This document shows, one piece after another, positions 18,487 through 27,001 of a DNA stretch of 35,076 nt. A model generated the notes under the pieces. That model searched no databases. It was given only the letters and a program-made list of their open reading frames with translations, and was not told the origin of the DNA. Positions within the stretch are counted from its first letter, which is position 1. Each line of letters starts with the position of its first letter. This DNA comes from an uncultured Geminicoccaceae bacterium (GTDB lineage Bacteria; Pseudomonadota; Alphaproteobacteria; Geminicoccales; Geminicoccaceae). The stretch lies in assembly GCA_964445185.1 (NCBI GenBank), contig CAYUKE010000001.1, forward strand, positions 1-35,076, given 5' to 3'. Made by a program: the position numbers and the translations under genes.

Positions 18487-19034
18487 TGACACCGTCTCGA
18501 TGCGTGCTCGCGATCGCGGTCGGCTTGCTCGTGAGCGGGCCTGCTCTGGCCTTCGAGGCCTTTCTCGGACGCTACGTCGGCTCGGCCGAGCTCGCCGACC
18601 TCAAGGACGATGCTGTCGAGGAGCGGGACGTCGGCACCGACATCGAGCCTTATGGCGAGGGCGGCTTCAAGGTGACTTGGGAGAGCGTCATCCGGGTCGA
18701 CGGCCGGCGCGACGTCCCGGGCGTCCGCCGCGTTGTCCGTTCGTTCGGCTTCGAACCGGTCGACGCGGGCGCCTACTTCGTGCAGGCGCCGGACTACGAC
18801 CCGTTCAAGCTCCGCGAGGACGTCGAGCCGATGGCTGGCGACGCGCTCGCCTGGGCCAGCGTCGACGGCGATGTCCTCGACATCTGGGTCGCCGCGTTGC
18901 AAGAGGATGGCGAGGCCGAGCTGCAGCACCACCGTCGGACGCTCACCGGATCGGGGCTTGAGCTGACCTTCGCCGCCTACGCCGCGGGCGAGGTGCTGAG
19001 CCGCGGGACCGGCCGCATGGACAAGGTCGACTGA
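18486..19034 (+). CDS. hypothetical secreted protein (paralog 2)
   Basis: The ATG at 18486 overlaps the preceding TGA by one base (TGATG). The track's 18483 start is a TTG one codon earlier. The signal peptide is MTPSRCVLAIAVGLLVSGPALA. The mature N-terminus 'FLGRYVGS' echoes 'WLEGRFVSEGS' in the upstream protein. Confidence 0.6.
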   Translation: MTPSRCVLAIAVGLLVSGPALAFEAFLGRYVGSAELADLKDDAVEERDVGTDIEPYGEGGFKVTWESVIRVDGRRDVPGVRRVVRSFGFEPVDAGAYFVQAPDYDPFKLREDVEPMAGDALAWASVDGDVLDIWVAALQEDGEAELQHHRRTLTGSGLELTFAAYAAGEVLSRGTGRMDKVD

Positions 19035-19037
19035 GCC

Positions 19038-19814
19038 ATGACGGCGGAAGCAAGCGCGGGCGAGGTGTCGGCCGCGGTGATCATCATCGGCAACGAGATC
19101 CTGTCCGGGCGGACCCAGGACGCGAACCTCGCCTATCTGGCGGGCCGGTTAAGCGAGGTCGGTATCCGCGTTCGGGAAGCGCGGATCGTCCCCGATGATG
19201 AGCCATGGATCGTCGAGGCGGTGAACTCCTGCCGTGCGGCCCACGCCCATGTTTTCACGACCGGCGGCATCGGTCCGACGCACGACGACATCACGGCTAG
19301 GGCGATCGCCAGCGCCTTTCGGGTTCCTTTCGGCCGCAATGCTGAGGCCGAACGTCGCCTCCGCGGCTACTACGACCCGGAGATGATCAACGCGGCACGC
19401 CTGTCGATGGCAGACATGCCCCAAGGCGTCGAACTGATCGACAACCCCGTGAGCGTCGCGCCAGGTTTTCGGATCGCCAACGTCTACGTTCTGCCCGGCG
19501 TTCCCAAGATCCTCCAGGCGATGGTCGACGGGCTGGTCCCCGGCTTGGCCGGCGGCGGCGCCATCGTCAGTCGCTCCGTAACGGTCTTGGCCGCCGAGGG
19601 TGATCTGGCCTCCGCGCTGCAGGCGATCGAGGCGCGTTACCCGACGGTGGAAGTGGGCTCGTATCCGTTCTTTCGTCAGGGAAGGTTCGGGACCACCATC
19701 GTCAGCCGTGGTCGCGACGGTCATGCCGTGGATGGATGCCACGCGGACCTGCTCGCCTTTGCTCGTGCGGCCGGGTACGATACACCCGAGTATGACACCA
19801 CCGTATCGACGTGA
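19038..19814 (+). CDS. CinA-like molybdopterin-binding (MoCF-biosynthesis) domain protein
   Basis: 'AAVIIIGNEILSGRTQDANLAYLAGRL' and 'VFTTGGIGPTHDDIT' are the hallmark MoCF_biosynth/CinA N-terminal motifs. The gene starts 3 nt after the previous stop. Confidence 0.85.
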   Translation: MTAEASAGEVSAAVIIIGNEILSGRTQDANLAYLAGRLSEVGIRVREARIVPDDEPWIVEAVNSCRAAHAHVFTTGGIGPTHDDITARAIASAFRVPFGRNAEAERRLRGYYDPEMINAARLSMADMPQGVELIDNPVSVAPGFRIANVYVLPGVPKILQAMVDGLVPGLAGGGAIVSRSVTVLAAEGDLASALQAIEARYPTVEVGSYPFFRQGRFGTTIVSRGRDGHAVDGCHADLLAFARAAGYDTPEYDTTVST

Positions 19815-19932
19815 GCTTGGGCGTCGATACGCGATTCATCTCGCGTACCCGCGAACGAGGTCGTTCGCGTGAGGGTTTACGTATCGGTCAGTTGCTGCAT
19901 CTGTAAACTTCGCGTGATTCACGGAGTATCTG

Positions 19933-21987
19933 ATGCCGGCTGACGCCAACGGCGGTGGCCTGGACCGATTTCGTCCGGTCGTGACAGACGCCAACGCGCT
20001 GCTGATGACCGAACTCATCGGCCGCCAGCCGCTGCTCGCGGCGATCAATGTCGCGCTCGGCATGCTCATGTCGCTGATCCTCCTTGGTGACGTCCAGGCG
20101 CTCGTTGTCCTCGGCTGGCTGACCCTGCTGCTCGTCACGCAGGGGCTCCGCATCGTCTTCTGGCGCTGGTCGCGTCGGCTCGGCGCGGACGACCTCACGC
20201 AAGGCGCTTGGCCGCGCTATCTGGTTCTCGTCTCTGGGTTGAGTGGACTGGTCTGGGGCGCGTTGGGCGGTCTCGTCACGGTCGCGCCTTCCGCGAGCGT
20301 CGTCTTCGTTGTCCCTTTTGCGCTTGCCGGCATGGCGGCCGGCGCCGTCGCCGTTCTATCGTCACACCGTGGCGCATGCGTTGCCTTCCTGGCGACGGCA
20401 CTTGGTCCCTATGCGTTCTTGCTCAGCATCGGTGACACGGCGCCGGGTGGCTGGTTGGCCGTTATCGTCGGGCTCTACGGCGTGGGCCTCTACGCGGTGG
20501 CCGTTAATCTCCGCCGCGGGCAGGGCCGTCTCGTCGACCTCTACCGCCGCAACGAACGGCTGGTGACAGCCCTCGGCAGCGCCAGGGGGGCCTTGGAGCA
20601 GCGCGTCCGCGACCGCACCGCGGCGCTGGAGGAGGCGAACGCGCGCCTTGCCGACGAGGCCCTGCGGCGCCGACAGACGGAGCGGCTCGCCCGCGAGCTC
20701 GGCCTGAAGGACCCGCTCACGGGCTTGCCCAACCGCACGCTTTTTCTCGACCGGCTCGACGTCGCCACCGCGCGCGCTCGACGCAACGACACGCTGGTTG
20801 GTGTGGCACTGATCGACGTCGACCACTTCAAGCGTGTCAACGATTCGCTAGGCCATCTCGCCGGCGACGTCGTCCTCCGCGCGGTGGCGCAGCGGCTGGC
20901 TGAGACGCTGCGCGCGAGCGATACTGTCGCGCGCTTCGGCGGTGACGAGTTCGTCGCCATCCTCGCAGACCTGCCATCTAGCGAAGCGGCCTTGGTCGCC
21001 GCGGGCCATCTTCACGAGGCCATGACGACGCCGATCCAGGTCGACGTCGGCACGGTCACCGTATCGCTCAGCATTGGTCTCGCTCTGTTCCCGGCGTTCG
21101 GCGCGACCACCGACGAGCTGCTCGGTGGCGCCGACATTGCCCTCTACGAAGCGAAAGTGCGTGGGCGCGCACGAACCGAGATGCTCGATGCGCGTCTCCT
21201 TGAGGCGCACCGCCATCGTCGCACGCTCCGGGTGGCGTGGCGCGACCGTGTCGAGAGCGGTGAGGTCGATCTCGTATGTGGGGCCCGCCACGATCGTGAC
21301 AGTCGCCGTGTCGTCGGCTTGGTCGTAGCCCCGGCATGGATCTCGGCGGACGCCCGTTTCGACGGCGTCGACGACTTGAAGGATGCGGCACGCACCGGCG
21401 GGCACTTGGTTGAACTCGAGCGGTTGGCGCTGGATCGAGCTCTGGCGCTTCTCGCCGGGGCGGGGCCGGCTTTCGAGGTCTCTTTGAGTATCGCAACGGA
21501 AACGCTTCGATCGGCCGACTTCGCAAGCTTTGTCGGCGACGCGGTTGATCGGCATGGCGCCGATCCGTCGTGTCTTGAACTCGCCGTCGACGAGAGCGAT
21601 TGGCAACGCCACCTGGAGGGGCCGGCGTTGATGACGATCGCCTCGCTTGCGGGCCATGGCGTGAGATTTGGTGTCGACGCGTTCGGCGTTGGAAGCTTGT
21701 CCTTGCGCGTGCTGCACCAGGCGCCGGTAAGCACGGTTCGTTTGGCGCGAGGGTTCGCCCTGTCGCACCTTGATCCCGCCGGCGAACGGATCGTTTGGGG
21801 AGCCGTGCTCGCAGCGGCCGAGACGCGTGGGCTCGGCCTGGCGCTCCCTGCGGCCGAAGCCGACAGCATCCCGGCGTGGTGTTCGTCCTCCGTTCGCTTG
21901 CTTGTCGACGACCCGCTGAAGCTCTCGCCCCGGCATGCGCTCGCGGCGCTCGGCGAGCACCCGTCGACGCCGGATGGTCAGTCCTAA
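19933..21987 (+). CDS. membrane diguanylate cyclase (GGDEF with I-site) fused to a degenerate EAL-like domain
   Basis: It has about six N-terminal TM helices and a coiled-coil linker. The GGDEF domain reads 'DPLTGLPNRTLF ... DVDHFKRVNDSLGHLAGD ... RASDTVARFGGDEFVAIL'. The C-terminal 250 aa or so are collinear with EAL but lack its signature residues. An ACGGAG Shine-Dalgarno sequence lies upstream. Confidence 0.9.
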   Translation: MPADANGGGLDRFRPVVTDANALLMTELIGRQPLLAAINVALGMLMSLILLGDVQALVVLGWLTLLLVTQGLRIVFWRWSRRLGADDLTQGAWPRYLVLVSGLSGLVWGALGGLVTVAPSASVVFVVPFALAGMAAGAVAVLSSHRGACVAFLATALGPYAFLLSIGDTAPGGWLAVIVGLYGVGLYAVAVNLRRGQGRLVDLYRRNERLVTALGSARGALEQRVRDRTAALEEANARLADEALRRRQTERLARELGLKDPLTGLPNRTLFLDRLDVATARARRNDTLVGVALIDVDHFKRVNDSLGHLAGDVVLRAVAQRLAETLRASDTVARFGGDEFVAILADLPSSEAALVAAGHLHEAMTTPIQVDVGTVTVSLSIGLALFPAFGATTDELLGGADIALYEAKVRGRARTEMLDARLLEAHRHRRTLRVAWRDRVESGEVDLVCGARHDRDSRRVVGLVVAPAWISADARFDGVDDLKDAARTGGHLVELERLALDRALALLAGAGPAFEVSLSIATETLRSADFASFVGDAVDRHGADPSCLELAVDESDWQRHLEGPALMTIASLAGHGVRFGVDAFGVGSLSLRVLHQAPVSTVRLARGFALSHLDPAGERIVWGAVLAAAETRGLGLALPAAEADSIPAWCSSSVRLLVDDPLKLSPRHALAALGEHPSTPDGQS

Positions 21988-21995
21988 CAGCCAAC

Positions 21996-22027
21996 GAGCC
22001 GCCGTCGGCAAATGCCGGCGGCGGCTC
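21996..22027. terminator. bidirectional hairpin between convergent genes
   Basis: A 14-bp stem (gagccgccgtcggc / gccggcggcggctc, with one G-U pair) has the loop aaat. It lies between the stop of the GGDEF gene (21987) and the stop of the TRAP permease (22057). There is no clear U-tract on either strand. Confidence 0.45.
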
Positions 22028-22056
22028 GGTCGGGAACCGAACTGCTTGTTGCGTCC

Positions 22057-24291
22057 CTAGGTGCCCGACGCTGCCGGCTGCAGGGCGCGCGACGCACGCC
22101 ACTGCGGCAAGTAGACGACGAGGCCGAGGGCGACGCCTAGAACATCCGTGAACAATCCGCCCTTGATCATCAGGACGGCGGCGACGAGCAGCGCGAGCCT
22201 CTGCAGCCAATTCAGCGGTGCGAGCAGGAAGCCCTGGACGGCCGCCGACAGCAGGTACACGCCGATCAACGCTGTCGCTGCAACGTGCAGCGCGCTGAGG
22301 AGAGACCCCTCCAGCAACATGGCCGGGCTGTAGAAGAACATGAAGGGCACGACGAACGCCGCCAATCCAACGCCGAACGCGCTGAACGACGTGCGCATCG
22401 GATCGGCTCCGGCGATGCCCGCACCCGCGTAGGCGGCGAGCGCCACGGGCGGCGTGATCGCCGAGATCACGGCAAAGTAGAACACGAAGAAGTGGGCGAT
22501 GAGCCGAGAGGTGCGGTCCGGATCGGCCATATCCATCATCGATGGTTCGATAAGCGTGCTGAGGCCCGGTGCGACGACCGAGGCGGCCACCGCGTAGGCT
22601 GCGGTCGTCGGCATGCCCATACCGAGGATGATCGCAACGACCATGGCGAAGATCATGGCCAACAATAGCCCGATCGCCTCCGGCAGTAGCGGCGACGACG
22701 CGACGCCTAGGAGCAGCGAGGAGAAGCGCGCGCCGACGCCGGTCAGCGCGATCACGCCGACGATCAGGCCCGAGCACGCACAGACGGCGATGATCTGGAT
22801 CGACATCTCCGACGCCAGGCGTAGCGCTCGCAGGATGGCCTGCGGTCCCATACGATGCGGTGTCAGCCAACTCACGACGGCGGCAGCGACCGTCGCCAGC
22901 GTGCCGGCGCGAATCACCGAGTAGCCTGAGAAGAGCGCGGAGATGAGGATGATGATCGGGATGAAAAGGTAGACCTGGCGGAGCAGGATCGCGAACTTCG
23001 GCAGCTCGTCCTCGCGCATCCCGCGCATACCCATGCGCGACGCCTCGAAGTCGACCATGAAATACACGGACGCGAAGTAAAGGATGGCCGGGATGATCGC
23101 GGCGACGACAAGCTCCGTGTAAGGGATGCCGGTAATCTCGGCCATGATGAACGCGCCGGCACCCATGATCGGCGGCATGATCTGCCCGCCTGTGGACGCG
23201 GCCGCCTCGATGGCGCCTGCCGACTGTGGCTTGTAGCCGACCTTCTTCATCAACGGGATGGTCAGCGAGCCGGTGGCGACGACGTTACCGGCCGACGTTC
23301 CGTTGATCATGCCCATCAAACCGGACGCGAAGACGGCGACCTTGGCCGGACCGCCGCGCGCGCGGCCTGCAGCAGCGAACGCAAAGTTCACGAAGTAGTC
23401 GCCGACTCGCGACGCCTGCAGGAACGCCGCGAAGATGATGAAGAGGATGATGTAGGTCGAGGACACGGCCGTTGTCGGGCCGAGGATGCCGGTATCCGAA
23501 TAGAGGTAGGTCAGCGTCTGCGTGATCGAGAAGCCCTCGTGCCGCAGGAAGCCAGGCATGTACGGGCCGACGAACACATAGGCGACGAAGATCGCTGCGA
23601 TAACGACCAGAGGCAGGCCGGCAACGCGCCGGGTCAGCTCGACGATCAGGATGATGCCCGTGTAGCAAAACCACACGTCCGTCGCCGGAGCGAAGCTGGT
23701 GCCGTTCGAGAAGCGGTGGCGGTCGAGGATCAGCAACAGGTAGGCGAGGACGAGGATCGACGCTGCCATCAGCGCCCAGTCCGTCCACAGCACGCGTGAG
23801 CGACGCGTCTCGCTGAACCAGCCGATGAGGATCGCTGCGGTGGTCGCGAGGCCGACCGCGGGGGCGCCGATTGGGAAGAGGCCGCCCATGGGATCGACCA
23901 TGCCGCCGCCCGACTGGGCAAGCCAACCCTGAACAACCGGAATAGCTCCGAGCGCCAGCGCGGCGAAGGTGGCGAGGCCTAGCAAGCGGTTGAGGTTCGC
24001 AGGGATCGCCCCGGTCACATGGTCGGCGGTGTAGGTCCGCGCCGCGACGAGGCCATACCCAAGGACCAGCGCACCAGCGATGTGCACGATACGGAAGGTC
24101 CAGGTCTCGAGCGGTGTGACGTTGAGCGAGAGGATGTGGAACGAGGAGTAGACGATCGCCATCGCAGCGAACAGGAACCAGAGAACGCCGTCAAAACGCC
24201 GCTGGTTGCTGGCGATGGGCTCGTCGTCGACGCCTTGGGCGATCAATACGCCCGCATCGCCGTCAGCAGCAGCCTTCGGACCGTCCACCAT
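22057..24291 (-). CDS. TRAP transporter fused permease (4TM/12TM fusion, TAXI-type)
   Basis: This is a 744-aa, highly hydrophobic polytopic protein of the length and architecture of fused TAXI-TRAP permeases. It sits directly downstream of a TAXI solute receptor gene. A GGGGGAGG Shine-Dalgarno sequence lies 8 nt upstream. Confidence 0.88.
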   Translation of the reverse strand: MVDGPKAAADGDAGVLIAQGVDDEPIASNQRRFDGVLWFLFAAMAIVYSSFHILSLNVTPLETWTFRIVHIAGALVLGYGLVAARTYTADHVTGAIPANLNRLLGLATFAALALGAIPVVQGWLAQSGGGMVDPMGGLFPIGAPAVGLATTAAILIGWFSETRRSRVLWTDWALMAASILVLAYLLLILDRHRFSNGTSFAPATDVWFCYTGIILIVELTRRVAGLPLVVIAAIFVAYVFVGPYMPGFLRHEGFSITQTLTYLYSDTGILGPTTAVSSTYIILFIIFAAFLQASRVGDYFVNFAFAAAGRARGGPAKVAVFASGLMGMINGTSAGNVVATGSLTIPLMKKVGYKPQSAGAIEAAASTGGQIMPPIMGAGAFIMAEITGIPYTELVVAAIIPAILYFASVYFMVDFEASRMGMRGMREDELPKFAILLRQVYLFIPIIILISALFSGYSVIRAGTLATVAAAVVSWLTPHRMGPQAILRALRLASEMSIQIIAVCACSGLIVGVIALTGVGARFSSLLLGVASSPLLPEAIGLLLAMIFAMVVAIILGMGMPTTAAYAVAASVVAPGLSTLIEPSMMDMADPDRTSRLIAHFFVFYFAVISAITPPVALAAYAGAGIAGADPMRTSFSAFGVGLAAFVVPFMFFYSPAMLLEGSLLSALHVAATALIGVYLLSAAVQGFLLAPLNWLQRLALLVAAVLMIKGGLFTDVLGVALGLVVYLPQWRASRALQPAASGT

Positions 24292-24393
24292 GGGTCACGC
24301 CTCCCCCCTTTGTCCCGTAACGGCAGACGCCGGCGTGGCGGTCGCGAACCACTTCGGTCGCGGCCACCATGCCGGGCAGCCCCAGGCTTGATG

Positions 24394-25392
24394 TCAGCCC
24401 TTCAGCTCGTCCGGGATCTCGTAGCCGTTGTCCTCGTACCACTTCCAGGCGCCAGGGTGGAACGGGAGGAAAGTGTTGCGATCCCAGTTCTCGGGCAGCG
24501 TGCCACGCGCAGCGCTGTGGATCTCAAGCATGCGCTCGTTGTTGCCGAGAACGATTTCCATGACGTTGTAGACGAAGCTCTCGGGAAGCTCAGCGCTCAC
24601 GATCGAGAAGTTCCACATCGCCACGCTCTTCAAATCCTCGTCGAGCGAGCCGTAGGTCGCGGCAGGAATGGTGAACTCGGAAACCGGGAAATTCTCGGTG
24701 ATCGATGCCAGCTCCTCGTCGCTAAACGGCAGCAGCGTGATGTCCACCTGGGCCTCGAGCTGCGTGACGACCGGCGTCGGAATACCCGCGGCAAGTGCAA
24801 CGCCATCGAGCAGGCCGTCCTGCAACTGGCCGGCGAGATCCGCGTAGCCGCCGTTGCGCTTCTGGAAGTCGACGTCGAGCGACTCGAGGATCGGCGCGAA
24901 GAAGAGATCCGACGTCGAACCCGCAGGACCGAACCCGATCGTGGCCCCTGCCGGAATATCGTCCTTGCTGGCGATGCCGGACGCGTCCAACACGATCACG
25001 GCGAACGGCGTCGTGTACATGGGGAACATCGCACGGACGTTCTCGTGCGGGTTGCCGGGTGCCAACGGGCTGCGTCCCTCAAGCGCGTCACGCGCCGGCC
25101 CGAGGGTCGTCATTGCCATCTCGAGGTCGCCGGTATGCACCAGCGCGAGATTCTGAACGGGACCGCCCGTCACTTGGCCGCCGCCGGACAAGCCGAGCTC
25201 CTCGGCAACCAAGTTCCCCCAGCCGGAGCCGTAGGTGAAGTAGGTCCCGCCTTGGCTCGCGGTCCCGACGGTGAAGCTCTCGGGCCAGCCGGTCCGGTCA
25301 GCGACATCGACCGACTGCGCCAAAGCGCCGCTCGCGCCTAGGCACAGCGCACACGAAAGGGTGCCGCCAAAGAGCTGCATCTGCATGGACAT
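24394..25392 (-). CDS. TAXI-family TRAP transporter solute-binding protein
   Basis: The signal peptide is MSMQMQLFGGTLSCALCLGASGALAQ. TAXI-type motifs include 'FTVGTASQGGTYFTYGSGWGNLV', 'TTPFAVIVL' and a C-terminal 'FHPGAWKWYEDNG'. A GGGGAG Shine-Dalgarno sequence lies 6 nt upstream. Confidence 0.9.
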   Translation of the reverse strand: MSMQMQLFGGTLSCALCLGASGALAQSVDVADRTGWPESFTVGTASQGGTYFTYGSGWGNLVAEELGLSGGGQVTGGPVQNLALVHTGDLEMAMTTLGPARDALEGRSPLAPGNPHENVRAMFPMYTTPFAVIVLDASGIASKDDIPAGATIGFGPAGSTSDLFFAPILESLDVDFQKRNGGYADLAGQLQDGLLDGVALAAGIPTPVVTQLEAQVDITLLPFSDEELASITENFPVSEFTIPAATYGSLDEDLKSVAMWNFSIVSAELPESFVYNVMEIVLGNNERMLEIHSAARGTLPENWDRNTFLPFHPGAWKWYEDNGYEIPDELKG

Positions 25393-25428
25393 GGTTCACT
25401 CCCCGATACCACGAAGTCCGCGAAAACA

Positions 25429-25463
25429 ACCGGATTAGGCCGACGGTGCCTTACCGGATTAGG
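25429..25463. promoter_or_regulatory. two perfect 11-bp direct repeats (accggattagg) upstream of the TAXI-TRAP operon
   Basis: The copies lie at 25429-25439 and 25453-25463, offset by 24 bp. They are bracketed by an imperfect inverted repeat (gaaaacaac / gttgtttc). The whole element is about 37-80 bp upstream of the receptor ATG at 25392. Its function is unknown. Confidence 0.3.
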
Positions 25464-25532
25464 TGTTGTTTCGTCGCTACACGAGGCCGTGCGCGCGCGC
25501 AATGTCCCATGCGGCCCTTTATAGGTGGGAAT

Positions 25533-26204
25533 TCAGCCTAGGCGGTCCGCTAGTACGTGCCAGTGCCAGGAGCCAGGTCGCGCGTGCTCGCGATCCTCGA
25601 GCCGCAGCGGCTCGAACCCGCCATACAGCGCGCAGAGTTCGCTCGCGTTGCAGTAGTAATGCGGGTGTCCGCGGTCGTCGTCGCCGTCGCGGACGAAGGT
25701 GTCGCGTGCCACCTCCCTTCCGACGCCGAAGGCGACGTTCCGCTTGGACAGCATCGTCCCGTAGTAGAGCCCGCCAGGCTTGAGCACCCGCCCGATTTCC
25801 TCGATCGCCCGTCGCACAACGCCAGGCTCACCATGGTAGACGACGTTGAACGCCAAGACGAAGTCGAAGCTTAGCGACGCGTAGGGCAGGTCGGTCATCA
25901 GACCCTGGTCGACCTGGAGCGCGAGATTCTCGGCCACGGCTGTCTCGCGTAGCACGTCGAGGCCCGTCGGCGCGCCATCGAACGCAGTCACCTCGAAACC
26001 GGCGCGCGCGAGCAGGAGTGCATGGCGGCCGACGCCGCAGCCGAGATCCAGCGCCGTACGCACGCGCCGTTCCACGAGTAGGCCCGCTGCCAGCTCGCGG
26101 ACGGTGGGTTCCGCGATCGACCACTCGGCCCGACCCTGCGCGTTCTGCCAGCGTTGCTCCCAGGCCAGGTGCGCCGTGGCGGTGGACGTATCGAAGCCGG
26201 TCAA
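25533..26204 (-). CDS. class I SAM-dependent methyltransferase
   Basis: The SAM motif I is 'ALDLGCGVGRHALLLARAGFEVTAFD', followed by 'FDFVLAFNVVYH' and 'LKPGGLYY'. The only usable start upstream of the conserved 'WEQRW' segment is a TTG at 26204, which overlaps the phnE stop (TTGA). Confidence 0.82.
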   Translation of the reverse strand: MTGFDTSTATAHLAWEQRWQNAQGRAEWSIAEPTVRELAAGLLVERRVRTALDLGCGVGRHALLLARAGFEVTAFDGAPTGLDVLRETAVAENLALQVDQGLMTDLPYASLSFDFVLAFNVVYHGEPGVVRRAIEEIGRVLKPGGLYYGTMLSKRNVAFGVGREVARDTFVRDGDDDRGHPHYYCNASELCALYGGFEPLRLEDREHARPGSWHWHVLADRLG

Positions 26205-27001
26205 CGTTCCGCGCCCTTTAGGATGCGCGCTCGGGCGAGGCTCGAGACCCGTTCGACAGCGAGCACCAGGGCGAAGACGAGCAGGATGATCGTCGCCGCC
26301 TGATCGTACTGGAACATGTCCATCGCCACCTTCAACTCGATGCCGATCCCACCGGCGCCGACGAGACCAAGGACCACTGAGGAGCGGACAGCCTTCTCCA
26401 GCGCGAACAGTGTCGTGTTGATCATCGACGGCAACGTTTCTGGCAGAACCGCACAGGCGACGACCGCGACCGGACCGGCGCCGAGCGCGCGGAGGGCCTC
26501 CTGCGGCCCGTCATCCGCCTCCTCCATCGCCTCGGCGAAGAATTTGGCGGAGAAGCCGATCGTGTCGACGATGATCGCCAGCGTTCCCGCGAAGGGGCCG
26601 AGACCGACGGCGATGACGAAGAGCAGCGCCCAGATGAGGTCCGGCACGGTGCGGAAGAGCGCCACCAGTGACCGCGCGAGCCAGCAGACAACAGGGTGCG
26701 GGCTGTGCCTGCTGGTCGCGAGGATGGCGAGCGGCAAGCTCAGAAGCGTGCCGATGACGGTGCCCGCCAGCGCCATCTGAAACGTCTCAACGAGGCAGTG
26801 GAGCAACGGCACCAGACGGTCGATGTCGGGCGGGAACATCCGCTCCAGGATCGATCCGAGCCGCGGCAGGCCGTTGGCGAGCTCGCCGAGCGACACTTCG
26901 GCGCCGAAGAGGCTCGACACGACGACGGCGAGCGCCGCGACGGCGAGGGCGAAGGTCAGCGGGCTTGGCCGCTCGACGCGCGCGGGCATCGCCTCAGCCA
27001 T
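26201..27001 (-). CDS. phnE: phosphonate ABC transporter permease
   Basis: The PhnE-type EAA region 'EALRALGAGPVAVVACAVLPETLPSMINTTLFALEKAVRSSVVLGLVGAGGIG' is present, and the protein has about six TM helices. Its ATG overlaps the phnC stop by 8 nt. Confidence 0.88.
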   Translation of the reverse strand: MAEAMPARVERPSPLTFALAVAALAVVVSSLFGAEVSLGELANGLPRLGSILERMFPPDIDRLVPLLHCLVETFQMALAGTVIGTLLSLPLAILATSRHSPHPVVCWLARSLVALFRTVPDLIWALLFVIAVGLGPFAGTLAIIVDTIGFSAKFFAEAMEEADDGPQEALRALGAGPVAVVACAVLPETLPSMINTTLFALEKAVRSSVVLGLVGAGGIGIELKVAMDMFQYDQAATIILLVFALVLAVERVSSLARARILKGAER

